Shown: positions 12,101-27,264, counted from the first letter of the whole stretch. The stretch is 63,712 nt of DNA, filler included, from Sluysia triapertura (GCA_046118255.1; 5 parts of 5 records of this genome joined end to end with filler, not necessarily neighbours in it), one strand, 5' to 3'. The notes: generated from the letters alone by a model not told the origin. Numbers and translations are program-made.

Positions 12101-14252
12101 AATTTAGTTTATTTGTTTCGAAATAATTTTTAATTTAATTATCGTTAATGATCATTCAATATATTTCCTAAACAAATATTATAAACAATAAACGAAAATT
12201 ATTTGTATTATAAATGCAACATTTATTTTTGTAAACATTGAAATAATTAAAGTGTTTTGGTAAACCTTTAAAAAATTTAATTTGTTATCTCGTTAATTAA
12301 ATTTTATCTCCCAATTTGTAACTATTGTTTTTAAATTAATATTGTTTTGAATTTTTAACTTTTCTTATTAAAACTTTTTATACAAATTGTAATAATATGA
12401 AGCATTATGTATTTTAAAATGTTTTATTAAATATTTTCTTATATTTTACATGTCATTATTTTATTATCGAATATTTTGTTTATATATTTAATATTAAAAA
12501 ATAATTTTAACAAATTTTATCTAATTTAATTAATTAAATTTTTATAAATATTTTATTAGCGTAATAAAACTATTCCCTAATTATATTAATATTATATTCA
12601 TTTCATAAAATATTATTTATAAATTAAACATGTAATAATAATAATAATAATAAAGTTAAGATACCGAATAAAATATTCAATTAGCAAATATTAATATTAA
12701 TGTATAAAATTTGAAATTAAATTTTTTTAGTTTTCTTAACAAAACAATAAAAATATATTAAAATAATATTACGTTTTAATAATAATAAATATTATTGTAT
12801 TAATTTATATAATATCTAAACAAAAATGTTCATCTTTCATCGTAATCAGTATTTTTTTCTTGACTTGTTCGACTACAATCCATGTTAAGTATCTACGTGA
12901 ATAAGATGCTCAAAACATTTACTGTGTGAATAAATAATTCCAAGTAATGCTTTAATATCTTAGAAAATAATGTATTTAATCTATTCAAGTAATATTACAT
13001 TATTAATAAATTCAATCAGAATAAATTAATCAGAATGTTTACAGTCAATATATAAAAGAATGAGTTAGCAAAAAAACGAATTGACAATTAAAGTTATTGA
13101 ACTTTAATCTTTTTAAATTTTAGTTATTAAACTTTAAGATTCCCTTATGAAATCGATGAACGTACAATAAATGAACAAAAATATTGAATCTAAAGATATA
13201 ATAATTTTCACTTGAAAACACTGAATTAATTCCAATAAATAATGTATGACAATTTTATTTGGTTTTGCCCAAAATCATTCTTAATTTTCTTTCTGGTAAA
13301 TAAAGAGAAACATATTAATATTATTATTACCATTATTTCCTTCATTGTGTTCACGAGTTATGATTTTCTAGTACTACTTTATTATAAGATTTGTTACTAT
13401 TATTGTATTTACAATTATTATGATTGAGACTATTATGGAAGAACGAAATAATATTTCTGGAACAAAAAGATTAAATACATACTTTAAAATATTCCAGTGA
13501 TTAGACATTCTCTGGTAGCTCTTTGCATACTTTTAAAACATCTATCTATATCTTATTATAATACGTTTTATATGAAGTTTTAAAAATGTAGAATATTATC
13601 ATTCAAAACTTCCGTAAAAAATCATTTACACATTATTATCATGATTTTGAATTATAATTATGATTTTATTGATAGTCAATATAATTCGTTAAAATAAGGT
13701 GCACTATAAGATCTCCTTTTGAATTTAAAATTATTCATTTATTTAATTTTTTAATATATTTAATAAGGTAATTAAAATCATTACTGATATTATAATTTAA
13801 CCCCAATTTTTGTAAAATTACGTATAAATAAATTAGACATAAAATAAAATAATTAATATATTGTAAATTAATGGTTTAAATCTTTTAATTTTTGTATATT
13901 TTATTATTTTTTATCTATATTTTTAATTTTGTACATTTTAATAAAATAAAATTTAACAAATAATTTAATAGAATTAATTTGTTAAAATAAATCAATTTTT
14001 GTTTTTATTGGAATTAATATTCAATATGGTTACCAAAATTTCACTATAAATAGATAGCGAAATTTAGAAGCCATTGACACAAAAGGTAAAAATTACAATC
14101 AGCATTGGATAATAACAATTTGCAATAAATTTTCGGTATCAACAAAAATCAATTCCAAGTCATGCTGCGAGAATTTTTTCATCTTTAAGTAAGATTATAT
14201 TATAAGTTCTGAAATTCTCACTTTAATCCGACTTAAAATTACAATTTTTGTA

Positions 14253-14625
14253 ACTTAAACATTAAAGGCTAAGTCAATCTTAAAGTTAAACTAAAAAGTA
14301 CTAAGAAAGTATACTTCTGTGTGGTTCAAATTGTTTATTATTATTACATTAGTTTTTTGTTTGATATTAAATTTTGACTATTGAATTTACATTGTTAATG
14401 TTGTATTTTAATAAAATTTAAATTGATGCTTAGTTATTTTTACGATTTGCGACCTTAAGAAGGCTAGTTTAATGTGTAAGTCTTAAATTAATTAAAAATC
14501 AATCAAACTGCACGCTAAACCTTAATGGCTAGCTCAATCTTTTGTATAAACTAAACTATAACGGCTAGTTCAATTTATAAGATAAACTGATTGCATAAAC
14601 TGCGACTATGTGACCGTATAAGTTA
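14253..14625 (+). repeat. Second, decayed array of the same bulged-A hairpin motif
   Basis: ACTTAA-A-CA-TTAAA-GG-CTAAGT (14253), GACCTTAAGAAGGCTAG (14451), GCTAA-A-CC-TTAAT-GG-CTAGC (14514), AACTAA-A-CT-ATAAC-GG-CTAGTT (14549), GACCGTATAAG (~14612). Confidence 0.6.
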
Positions 14626-15879
14626 TACATAGAAGAATATATAGGAATATATGAATATAAAAATGCATATAATTTATATATAAGAATATAATTAAAATCA
14701 TAATAAGACGTCTCCCAAGTAGATATAAACCGTACTTATTAGTTGTCGTGATTCAACTAATCATTAAAAGTTTTATACCACATTATTCATACATAAAACA
14801 GTAATTAACCGTTTAAACAATATCTACATTTTAGCCAAACAATCAATTTAAATGTATCCAACACAACACATTAAGCTCTATAAGTTATAACATAAATTCC
14901 TAAATTTGACATCTCTTGTAAAAATAACAACACCTCTCACTTTTATTTCTGCAACTTGTTTCTTTTTTAAAAAAAACGTTTAAAGAATTTTTAGATAAAA
15001 ATTATTTTGAAAATTTCATTTTTGCAAAAAATTATTTTATTCAATTGTTGTTTCATTTCGTTAATTAAATGTTCCATTTAATTATAAAATTTATGTAAAG
15101 AAATCTAATCTACAAGCTTTTACCAGATAATAAAACTGTGACACCTTCTACTTCATATTTTCGCACAAATACGTCATTCATGTTCTTTCTTTGTTCGAGA
15201 CATCACATTTTGAAGAAAATTTCCTATAACTGTTATACTATCATTGTGGCTCCGGAATATTCCCATTTGACCACCTTATTTCTATCAAATCCTCTCTTTT
15301 ATTGATTATTAAGGTTTATAATATGCCTATTTTTCGATTACCAAAGGCAAACAAATTTAAAACTATTTTTCTTCATCAAATCATATAATCATGTAATTCA
15401 AACTCATGTAATACCTCAATATATTTTGCAAGGATAAGTTTGATTCTTACGTAGTAAAAGCACATTGAAAATTTAAATATCAATTTAGAATTTGTGTTTA
15501 AATATTATCCCTAAAAATATTTAATAAACTATCTATATAAAATATATAATAAAATATATAATATGAAATATTAAAAGCTTCTATCTAAACTGGATTTAGA
15601 TTCACAAATTTCTCTAAAGATTACTATTTACTAAAGATTACTAAAAATTACCATTTCACTATTTTGTTGTAACAAAAATCACTAAATATTCAAATTTCAA
15701 ATGCAATTTACTAGAAATTAATTATTATTTAATTAGTTCATTAAATTTCATTTTTTACTGATGTTTTATTAAATAGGTTTCTTTTTTAATTAATTTGGAA
15801 TTTTTAATTATGCTAAGAATTATAAAAAACATTAATGTTATTCGAAAAGGTAGATAAATGATAATAATATTATAAATGT

Positions 15880-16216
15880 AGTGTCCAACACTCACAACTT
15901 AAAAATTTATTAAAACATTACATTCAACATCCATAACTCAAAAGTTCACTAAAATATAAATTTCTAAACAATTACACTCCTAACTATCGAACTACACCAA
16001 CTCAATCACCATAAATAACACTCGACATTTATAACATCTATTAACACATATGTAGTGGCCAACTCCGTAAATCAAAATTTAAATTAACTAAATTAAAATA
16101 AAATTCAGTACAATCACACTCTGCAACCACAACCACCATACAATTCATCACATAAAATAACAATACTCACAACTACTACCTTAACACTTCACCAAACTAC
16201 ATCTGACAATAAATTA
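15880..16216 (+). mobile_element. C/A-skewed LINE (CR1/L2-like) 3' fragment
   Basis: Shares sequence with 55790-56240 (ACTATCGAA...ACCATAAA...ACATTT(T)ATAA...AACACATA...AACCACAACCAC). Confidence 0.45.
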
Positions 16217-16316
16217 NNNNNNNNNNNNNNNNNNNNNNNNNNNNNNNNNNNNNNNNNNNNTTAATTAATTAANNNNNNNNNNNNNNNNNNNNNNNNNNNN
16301 NNNNNNNNNNNNNNNN
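16217..16316. other. Artificial scaffold linker (44N-TTAATTAATTAA-44N)
   Basis: Identical 100-nt construct at 16217, 29726, 41314 and 52695; the 12-mer has stops in all six frames. Confidence 0.95.
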
Positions 16317-16342
16317 ATAATAATAATAATAATAATAATAAC

Positions 16343-16389
<47 letters not shown>
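16317..16389 (+). repeat. (AAT)n microsatellite
   Basis: Direct observation; similar tracts at 25958-26011, 26287-26332, 30872-30938 and 53097-53140. Confidence 0.95.
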
Positions 16390-16392
<3 letters not shown>

Positions 16393-18229
16393 TTTAATAT
16401 CTTAAAATTAGCCATAACAAAATTTCCTAGCTTCTATCTGAGAAATAAAGAAACGAAAATACTGAGTCATATTAAAAATAAATGTAAATTATTTGTTTAT
16501 TTCGTTTAATCACACATAAAAAAAATTTCAGTTCAGAATTAAAAAAATTACTTAAAATAGTCTACTTATTAAATTAAAAGTAAATAAAATATAATGCTAA
16601 TTTAGTTTTAGTTTAAAATTCACTTAAATTTAATTATTCAAAAATTTAAAATTTCATAACTCAACTTGTCGATTTATTTAAACAATGATGTACAATTTGT
16701 ATTATTTCCATGATGCACGAGAAAGTCAGTTTCAAATAAACTATATTACGTATGTACAATTTTTTGATTATTAAAATTTAACATGTCATTTGAGTTAAAT
16801 CAAATAAGTAGGATATTAAAATTTATTTACTATTTATAATTTTAGTCAATCAGTGTTTTTATCTTTCGGAATTTCTGTAAATAAATTCTTACAAATTATA
16901 ATTAAATGAAAATAACTATTTTATATAATAATAACTACAGTATAGTTTTATATTGATAAAATAACGTAGTTGTGATGCGATGCAGTTTTCAAAATTGAAA
17001 ATTATATTATCACAGCTCGTGTAAGATTGATTGGGACGCAGTAGGTAATTTGAATGAAGTTGATGTAGAAAAATTTGATGCTGCATTAAATGAGATGTAG
17101 TAGTTATATGATTGTGTACATAATAATAATAAATAAATGTTAATTAATAAAGTATGTAAGTAGCTTTCTGTATATTTTTCATGATAATATGAGGAATGAT
17201 GTCATGGTATTTATATTAGGAAAGTGATTACAGTCATTTGTTAATAAGATTTCATTATATTGCAATTAATATATAAAAATCATGCTCACTATTACTATCA
17301 TTAGATTTATTATTATTTTTGGTATCGAGAGCGTAAAAATTTATCATTACAGCTGTATTCGTTTTGTACCGCTTCTAGCACCTTCTAGTAGTACCAAATA
17401 TTTTCGTCTAGATATTTTAATGTAGTTGAAGACGTTTTGGCCGTCTGCATTAATGTGATCTAAATTCAGATAAGGTTTTTAAGTATTATACGTATTGCTA
17501 ATTATTACCACATGTAAAGCTGAATAATTGCTTACAAGTGTTTTTTTGTTTATGTCAATTATAAACTCATCACTATCCTTTTTAACTGTACCAAAAATTG
17601 GACTGCTTCATCATTATTTTCCAGAACTCCTTTATGAAAAACGTTGTAATTCATATACTTTTATATTGCAAAATCACGTAACTATTTTAAAATATTAAAG
17701 TTATTATATTTAATATTATTAAATGGTTGGATGGTGAGTGTTTGAGAGGGTAGACAATGCTTAGTTGGTCGGAATGATATGTATGAAACCACGTGAATGT
17801 TTCGAATATGTACTACCAAGATATATACTACTAAGATTATATATGTTAGTTTCGTTTTATGAGAATATGGTAGGGGATTAATACAATTTAATTTGATGTT
17901 TAGCCGAAATGTTGGAGAATTAATTTGAAGATGCATACATCCATCACTATTGCTGCTGTAAAATTCTTTGAATTGAATTTCTATATATCTACGTTTAATT
18001 ATGTACAATACTCTAATAAAATTATGATTCTTCCTTAATAAATTAACATTATAACATTCGATATAACACCAGCTGCCTTTTATGTCATCTTTTATTTCGT
18101 TTATGAAATAGTTATGACTTTACGTAATTAATAAAACTAAAGAGATTAAAAATATTAATACTTTTTATCAAAATTATCAGGAAATTAAATTTATAAATAA
18201 TCAAAATACATGTTAATTTAGGTTGGTAT

Positions 18230-18970
18230 TAAAGGATGCAAAACTTTTATGTACAATAAAAAAGTGAGACTCAAAACTAATGATAGCCAAAAAATCAAAC
18301 TTGGAATTGTCATTCATAATACTTGTTTTCATCAAACTTCGGAATTGTCTGTTAACTGTAGCATTAACATGTTCCTGCTAACACTATTGAAGCTGCGAGC
18401 ATATCCTCCTCAGAATCTAATGTTATATTGGGATGAAATATCAGCATCATTATCAGATGATTTAGTAAAATCTTTCCCGAAATTTCAACTGATTTCCATC
18501 ATTGTATATAAGAAATCATTCATGTTAAATTTTAACGAGTGACATGATTCCAGTTCACAATCTAGGTCTACACCATGTTCCGTTACGAATATATTATCAT
18601 CATCATTTGTGTGTAATTTACAATCATCATTTGAATCTAATATGCAATCATGTATCTTGTTCCTTTGTGAACTTATTATCACCATCATTTGTACCTCTAA
18701 ACTTCTTTAATTTTACGTCACTGTTTACTTCGCAGCAGTAATTAACTTTCTTCATTTATATGTATTTTGGTAAAGTTCTTTTTAAGGTATCTCGCACCCA
18801 AAATACTCTTAAATTTTTCTCTATTTTTAAATTGTGGCAGCCATTTTTTTGACTAACTGTGCTTATTCTACAAAACCAATCACTTCTTCTTATAACCAGT
18901 AATTCTACTTCCTATTTAGCCAATTACATATATACTCTCTTTTTCATATCTTCACAGGTGCACCTAGATA
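18230..18970 (-). pseudogene. Decayed ORF, possibly MADF/BESS-type
   Basis: Fragments such as WVRDTLKRTL, an acidic linker (ORF 18485..18688) and FWLSLV near the end loosely resemble a MADF...BESS layout; many disruptions. Confidence 0.25.
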
Positions 18971-21900
18971 AACAATTTTATAGCCTTTCTTAAGCCAATG
19001 AATTGTTAATTCTATTAATAACATAAAATTTGACCTATAATGCAACCATTTTGTGCGTTAAACTGAAAAATCAGCCATTTTGTTGCCAATTATATAATTA
19101 NNNNNNNNNNNNNNNNNNNNNNNNNNNNNNNNNNNNNNNNNNNNNNNNNNNNNNNNNNNNNNNNNNNNNNNNNNNNNNNNNNNNNNNNNNNNNNNNNNNN
19201 NNNNNNNNNNNNNNNNNNNNNNNNNNNNNTAAACTAAACAAGTTCTTTAATCATATACATTCTACTTCTATTTCTTAAATTTTCCCTCTTAAATTTGAAT
19301 AAATACTTCGCAATACGTGATTGATTTGGACAATTATTCTCGACAAAGGTATACCTATCATAATCATATTCGAAGAAATTTTGCATTATAAACTTGTAAT
19401 ACTTTTAGATGATTCGTAATTTCATTATTAATTTGAGTAATCATTACACAATTAGGAATTAGGAATTTTTAATACATTATAAATTACAATATTAAAAAAT
19501 TATTTAAAACAATTTGTATTATTAAAAACTTGGAAACATCTGGGTTAAATCTCTCACCTCAATATCTCTTCTAAAGCTGAAAAAATAGTAGAGTTATCGT
19601 AATCTAAGTTTGAATATTTTTAATCCTTCATTTTCAACACTAACAAAAATTCCACTGTTTGAACAGGGTGTATTATAATTCTTAATAATTGAAGTTAATT
19701 ATTGTTGGTAATTGTTGCTACTAATCGTTGCTGATTGTTTACAAATTTATGTGGGTAAGTTTTGTAATTCTTGTCTTAATTTAAAATTTTCACGTATTCC
19801 CTTTGATACTTTCTAACCATCCAATCACTCTTGAATTCCACACACAAATCATTACAAAATTCTTTGATAATTAAACCGACAATAGTAACTTTGACTGTTA
19901 TGCGGTACACCTGTCAAACTGTATTAGGCATAAATTCAAAATTTTGATTAATAATCAACCGTTGCTTTTCTTTTCTCTACTTGACCTTTTATTTAAATTA
20001 CTTCTCACAATAAAATAAAAGTCATTAGTATTGCTGTTTATTTTGTATTGTACATATTTTATATTTTATGACCATGTGTATGTTACGAAAATGTAAATAT
20101 TATTTTATTTTCGTATTATTTTAGTATTTTTAGAATACAGTATTCAATAAATTTAGTAAATATTTAAATTTAAAACGGTAGATAATTCTTTTAAATAAAT
20201 ACTAGATAATAACTTGAAATATTAATGTTAAAATTTAAAAATAGAATTTTATCCTTTATAGTGTTGCTGAATCATTGTGAATCAGTGGATAATCAGACCT
20301 TTTAAGGTCAACATAAAATTAACTATAAAAGTGTACACAAAAATTTTAAGACCTTTAGTTGAAAAACAAAACATTTTTAAAGTGTCGAAATTACATTAAT
20401 TTTTCATTAATGTATTAAAGTGTTGAGTTAATTTCATTGGATCACAAATTTCAACAATAATCTGGAAGGACGTTATTTTGAATCACATTAATACAACAAG
20501 TAACAAATATTGATCATTAATGCTATCTTAAACATCCACCAATTTTGGCAGAATTCTTTGGAAATTTCAAATATTTAATCGAAACTTATTCTTTAAGTAT
20601 AATAGATAGTTTTTCGTTCATAAGTTTAACACACTTTAAGTTTAAACAATTTGACTTAACCTAATTTTTAGAATTTTTTTAAAAGTGATTCCAACACTAT
20701 CAAGTCATTCTCTTTTTAGCAACACACTTTCTGATATGTCAAACGATCTCGTTTTGAACAATTTCGTACATTACATTAAAAATAAAAATTCTTTTTTTCA
20801 TGTAAATCTTTACATTTCAAAGTTTTAACATGATTATGATTTAATCTATTCTTTCAGAAATAATAGTAGCATATGGAAAGCAGTATATCCAATAAAAATG
20901 TGATATTATATAAACGTTTTGTTATGAAACATTTATGTAATTGTAATGCAAACTTTGTATCGAATATGTGTTTTAGTTTTTACATTAATCATTTATTATT
21001 ATATAAAATTAAATTACAGAAATTTCGTAAAGTAATAATCTTTTTAGGAATTAATATAATTAACTTAATTAACAAATTAATAGCTTAATTAACTTAAAAT
21101 AAAGAATTACAAAACAATCAATAATCATCTTAACATATATTACCCAAAGTTTATAATGTTCAATCCATCACTTCTTCCTTCATTTTATAGTTCTATATAT
21201 TTTCCATTCATCTCCTAATTCACAGTTTGGCAATCCCAACGCATTCGAAGAGAGCAGGAAATATACTCTCAAAAGATAAACGAGACTCGCATTACTAATT
21301 GTAACTATTTTTAAAATCATGTGGTAGTGTTTCCGACATAGGTATAAAACATTCCATACAGATGAACCCTAAGTTAAAATTGACAAAGCTGTTTTGTAAA
21401 CGGTAAATTTGATTTTAAATTATTGCATGATTTAATTAAAATTTATTAAATTATAATTAAAATACAATTTGAATTAGAAATTAAAAATTAAAATTAAATT
21501 CTTTCAATAAAACAAAACTTAAAATTACAGTACTTTTCTTAGTTTATTTCATGTCGCTTTAATATTGTGACCAATAAGTACTTATTTTCGTTTAATTTTA
21601 ACAAAGATTGATTCCTGATACAGCTTTTGTATTTCCATCTCTAACAATAGAGACGAGTTTAATTCTTTAATGATAAAATATAAAATTATACCTTGAACAT
21701 TAATAAATACTCATAATCCGATTCAATTGATAGAAATTTTCCTAAATTATTATAAAAATAAACATTTACAATTACATTTTAATTTGGAACCTAAGTACTC
21801 AAAAGTTAACCTTTCATGAATTTTAAGTAAAACCATAAATTTTTATTATGCAGAAAACATAATTAGTAAAAAAAATTGTCCAAAAATATACAACTCAAAA

Positions 21901-23681
21901 CATTATATTATTTACTTATTGGGATTTAAATTTTCAATAAACCTTTCCTTATAACAGATAACTCTCATTTCATCTATTTAATAAAACTATGTGATGTTGG
22001 ATCCCTAGGTGATCTATATCTGTTCTCAGTTTCAATAATTTAGTTAATTTGTGCACAAGAGCATAAAAATTCAGCAGTGACAAAAATGAAAATAAATAAA
22101 TTGATTACTTGCTAATGCACAAAAAATTTAACCTTACGAAGATTGCGGCTGATCTAATAGATACAAGCAAATTTTTTAAATGCTTGAAGGTCATGCCTAG
22201 CTACTAACGAGAAACTGCAGTGGTTTTGCGGTTAGCTTCAGTGTAACACGACATATGTGCCGATGTGTAACATTTGATAGTAACTTGTATACGAGAGATA
22301 CACGCGACCTCCTGTGTAATTTTTCGACCACGACCTCCACAGGGTTAAATTAATGAAAAACTGGATAATAAAACTAAACCAAATAAAATGAGAAATATTC
22401 TATTATCTCAAATATCACACACGCACATATTACAAGTAATCATACATATGACCAAATTTAAACAGAACAAAACAAACTTTAATTATAATCATTGGCAGAG
22501 CCTCTTAACAAAACATTTTTGCTTAGATCCACATTTTCACTTATTTATTAAATCTATGGGCAGTATAAAATAAGTATAACAATGATAATAATTCTCAAAT
22601 CAAATTTCATCACTATTAGTTTGATTATCAATAAACATATTCAACACAAATAAAATTAATAATTTGATTAATTTTAAGATAAATATATCATTATTATATT
22701 TATTATTTTTTTATCATTTTATGAATTAATATAATAATAATAACACATTATAAATTTGTGCGATAGGTAATCATAATAAAATATATAAAACAAGGAGTGG
22801 ATAAAAGTAGTAATATTATTATTGTTGTTATAATTATTATTAATTAAAAATTCAATGATAAATTTATTATAATTATTGTATTGATTTTTTATAAATGAAA
22901 AATTAAATTTTCAATTTCCCTTATGCAATACGAAACTAATGATGCATATTTTAATTGTTAAAGTAACAATTCTTCAACAGAATAACTACACTAAAATAAA
23001 AAAGTTAATTTCCTTAAAAGATCGAACAAAGTTATCATTTAAACTTGGTTAGTTCAACAAATTTAAATTATTGGAAGTGTTAAATTATTGGATTTGTTTT
23101 TACAAGAAATTATTTTTCAATATTATTGTTCATTATTATTATTATTACAACATTGTAATAATCTATTTTTAGTGATTTCAGTAATTACAATTAAATATTT
23201 CATCTTTAATTTCCGTCTTAGTGGAATTTTTCAAAAAAATAATTTTTTTCATTAACTATAAATTGTAACTCGAGTCTTGGTATTTTACATTTTGTTTATA
23301 ATCCATAATTGGTACAACTGAAGATTTAATTGAATTTGTTTTACAACTATTGATTGGTTTAAAGATCAAATAAAATGGTAAGTGGTAAGCGATGCCGTAA
23401 GATTTTGGTGTAAATATAGGAAAATGACTTTAATTAGATTAAATGTGTCTTGAAATCTAAGCGTAACATGGACAAAGTGCTGTAGAAGTTTATTTCAACC
23501 TGAACTTATAAGAATACAATGTTTAAAATATGAACAGACAATTTTCACTTAAGATGAAAATTTTAAAATAACAATTTAAAAAAACAACACACAACACTAT
23601 AAAAAGACACTAAATTAAAATATGAAAAATGTTATAAAACACATTTAAATGTTAATATTGTTACTTCCGGCGGCAAATAAC

Positions 23682-24260
23682 CTAAGGAATTTCATAGTGG
23701 CCTTTAATCACTATGAAAACGTTTTCACGCAAAGCGCCGCTGATCTGCTCTCTTTTATAATTGATTACAATCTGATTCGTTGTCTCCAAACGTACTATTT
23801 TCTCTAAAGTGGATATGGTGGTATTTTTTGACACTTCAATTTCCTTGATTTTTCCGTCGCATTTCAGCAAAAGTAAGTTGTCGCTCACATGCGGCAAGTT
23901 TCTTAAAATAAGGTCTGCTGCTTCTGCAGTTTGAAACTTCTTAATTGTTTTTTGAAATTCAACCTGTTTCTATTCTTCATTGGTATTGATCAATTCTATA
24001 ATTATCTGTTGAATATATTAAAATAAATTAAATATAAATGCTTATGCGCATAGAAATGAAAATGCATTTCATAAGGTTTAGAAAGTACCTATAGATAAGA
24101 GCCTCTGAAGTAATAGGAACAAAGAATAAAAGGAATAAGAAAGTTAGATAAATGTATGTTAAGGCGAAATAACTTACTTTCATAAGTGACTGCTTGTTGA
24201 TTGAATGTAGTCGAAAAACGGCAGCTTCATATACTGCATTAGGCTCATTAACTTAATTGA
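23682..24260 (-). CDS. Two exons of an unidentified gene (24178-24260 and 23682-24005)
   Basis: TTTCAG acceptor and GTAAGT donor; phase-0 join ...HSINKQSLMK|IIIELINTNEE; ORF ending LLLLKCDGKIKEIEVSKNTTISTLEKIV...YEIP*. One in-frame stop near the start of each exon. Confidence 0.45.
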
Positions 24261-25957
24261 CTGAAAGTAATTTTGTAAGTTTCAAAATCATTTCAAAGAA
24301 AATAAGAAATTTAAAATTTATGAAAATTTAATTAAAAAGGGAACGCATCTTCTAATTTACATGTATGTATCTATTTTTTATAAATAAAAGGTATAAAGAA
24401 TACCAAATTCTAAAAAAACTTACCAAAATGATTATTTTAATAGTCAGGAAATAATATTAATTACATAAACATAACCACTATTGGGATACATTGATTAATT
24501 TTTTAATAAGTACACTTATTAATTAAAACATTACGATTCTATAATGTTTCATATGTGCATAAACTATTTAGGTGTGACAAAAATCATGAATGTAATTTTT
24601 TAACCGTATTAAACACGATATCCATATTTCTTTTTCTTATTTATGACAAAATTTTGGCTTCTTGACGTGAGTAGTGTCATATCCAAGCCAACGTACGAAG
24701 GTACAACTTAAATAATTTCTTTGACTGCTCCATTTGTCATCACACAGAATTGTAACAAAATAAACTGATAAATTATAGCAAATAAGCAAAAATCAAATAA
24801 ATAACTTAAAAATTAGTTTTTTAATCTAAAATTAAATTTATGTGTTGTAATTCCTAAGAATAATTTAAGTAAATATTAAATTGATTCTCACGAAGATATC
24901 AATTTAGACCTTTTATTGAAATCGACGTACATGTACGGTTGATGTGTGAAAACAGCTTTTTTCATAAAAAGCTTTTTATAGAACATAAATTTGATATTTG
25001 ATCAGTTTTATATTTATTTTACGTTGACATATTATGAAAATAATCTAATAATGATTAAATTTTGATTGAGTTATGTTGAAAAGATAAGGGGATTGTTCGT
25101 CACAAATCCCATTATGTTTTGGTAATTGTAGGAATAATAAATTGAAAACCGATGGAAATTATTGTCGAAATTTAATTATTGAAATTGGTCGGCTTATGAC
25201 CGACCTAAAAGAATAAGTAATTATATGATGTAATTATTTCTATTTTCCACTTTTTAATCTACTTAGCAATTACCCAACTACTATTGAAGCGATCGCATTT
25301 TCGTAACAAAATTAGAATAAAATATCTGGACAAATCAGAAAAATATGAAGAAAATAAAACTCCTTCCACACATTTGTGGTAAACATTGTGATTGAGGATT
25401 TATCTTTAGCAATTTGCAAAGCCTCATAAGTAATACGACTATTATTGCAGTTAGTGATTTTCGTTATTATTATTTTATTATTGTTAAATATGGGCGCGAA
25501 CATTTGCGTTGTGCTAATCCTGAAATCTTTGTACTGAACAATTGTATACAGTGATTTATAATTTTGAATTTATATATTGTTTCTAAAGAATAATTCATAT
25601 TTTGTTATTTCTCATATATTTGAAATGTATAGAGATTACGTGTTAATTTAATTGCTGAGTTAACAGTGAATATTTTGAATAAAATCACAATACTTATTAA
25701 CGTCATCCGATTCTTTGTCTAGAAGGAAACAGACAACTGATTGCCTGCGATCTATATTTGACCTTCTCTTTCTTTTTGACTTGATTCAATATAATGATTT
25801 CTTTTTTCTTCTTAATTGTATTATTTCACCTTTTTCTAACTCTTCTTGTTCCACATATCCTGACTCCCGACTACACCCAGCACAAAAATGATTCTGATGA
25901 CGATTTACCGACACTGAAAACCCCGAAACTGACAACTATTCCAAAATTAATAATGTG

Positions 25958-26014
<57 letters not shown>

Positions 26015-26039
26015 TATTAATTTATATTGCGCTCATATC

Positions 26040-26230
26040 TACTACAAAGTAAGTACTCAAAAGCGCTTTAAATTAATTCACTCACTATAATACTTCTGGA
26101 ACAGAAAGAACTTTGCCTTTTTTTAAACTCTTCATAATCATCTAGTAATTTGACATTTTCTGGTAACTGATTGTATATTTTTGAAACATAAACGGTATAC
26201 AACCTTTCACCCAGCTTATAATAATAATTT
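26040..26230 (-). mobile_element. L2/CR1-type LINE 3' end
   Basis: SKIYNQLPENVKLLDDYEEFKKR matches the terminal (W/Y)NxLP...FK motif; followed by an (ATT)n tract. Confidence 0.6.
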
Positions 26231-26285
26231 TTACTATCATTTAAGTGCATCCAGATAACAATGATAATAGTAACAGTGACCAAAA

Positions 26286-26332
<47 letters not shown>

Positions 26333-27264
26333 TATATTTTGACAAAATAAATAAATTGTTTTTAGGGTATATCATGCAGAAGAAATTAAATAATTGTGAT
26401 AATCGTCAAGCCCATATTGTTAGAATTTTGTATAAAACCGTTGAAAAAACATTAAGGCATCACCAAATTCTAGCTACACAATTACAAACAACAATCAGAG
26501 CGTTTAAAGTGTCTACAAGAGAGAGCAACGTAAATATCAAAGATTTAAAACTGAAAAGAATTATAAATTGACTAAGTAATAAATAATGTCATCGGACAAA
26601 TCTTCAAAAGTTAGTCAGCATTAATTTATACTTGGTTCCTCAATTAATACCTCCAAATCTCAAATTCTTACCTGTTTATCTGCAGCAAAATTGCGGTATT
26701 GTAAGACTTACATCAGAGTTGTGAATACTCAATTAATCATTTGATCGCCGCATCATTCGAGATATTTTATTTCATTTTAAATATCGTAAGTTTGTAATAA
26801 ATAGGATTTTCTTTGATTAATCCAAGATATTAAAATAGATGTAAAATGTTGATAAATTTTTTCAGCGGTTTATAGCTACTGTTAAAATAAAATTTTATTA
26901 TTGAAATATAAAATTACTCATATCGTTGCTTGGTATTATTACGTCATTTTATTTTTATTTTTTTTATAATAACCTCCACATGTTTCTTTGTTTATTTTTT
27001 GTAAAAATTAAAATTTGTTGATATTTTTCGTTGTTTTAACATTACAATTAATAAAATCCTAAAGGGTTATCTTCCGTAAGGTTATCAGACATCGACAGAA
27101 GGTGAACCCTATCTTTTAACATTTTGCGCAAGTGTAAAAATTAATTTATAAGAAAAAGCACTCACCTAATACGCAATCAAAAATTTTTATTTTAAATAAT
27201 GAATCATATCTAAAAATACCTTAATAATAAAATATATTACTTCAAGTATATTTCAATAACAAAC

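Noticed and set aside
16261-16272. Recurrent TTAATTAATTAA palindrome as a biological motif
   Set aside because: Always centred in 44+44 N, so it is an assembly linker.
22130-22350. GC-richer island as an exon
   Set aside because: The frames I translated contain stops and no recognisable motif; left unassigned.
27063-27110. Hairpin with CTGATAA on the - strand as a hammerhead ribozyme or SECIS
   Set aside because: Lacks the CTGANGA/GAAA core and stem I pairing; no SECIS quartet evident.
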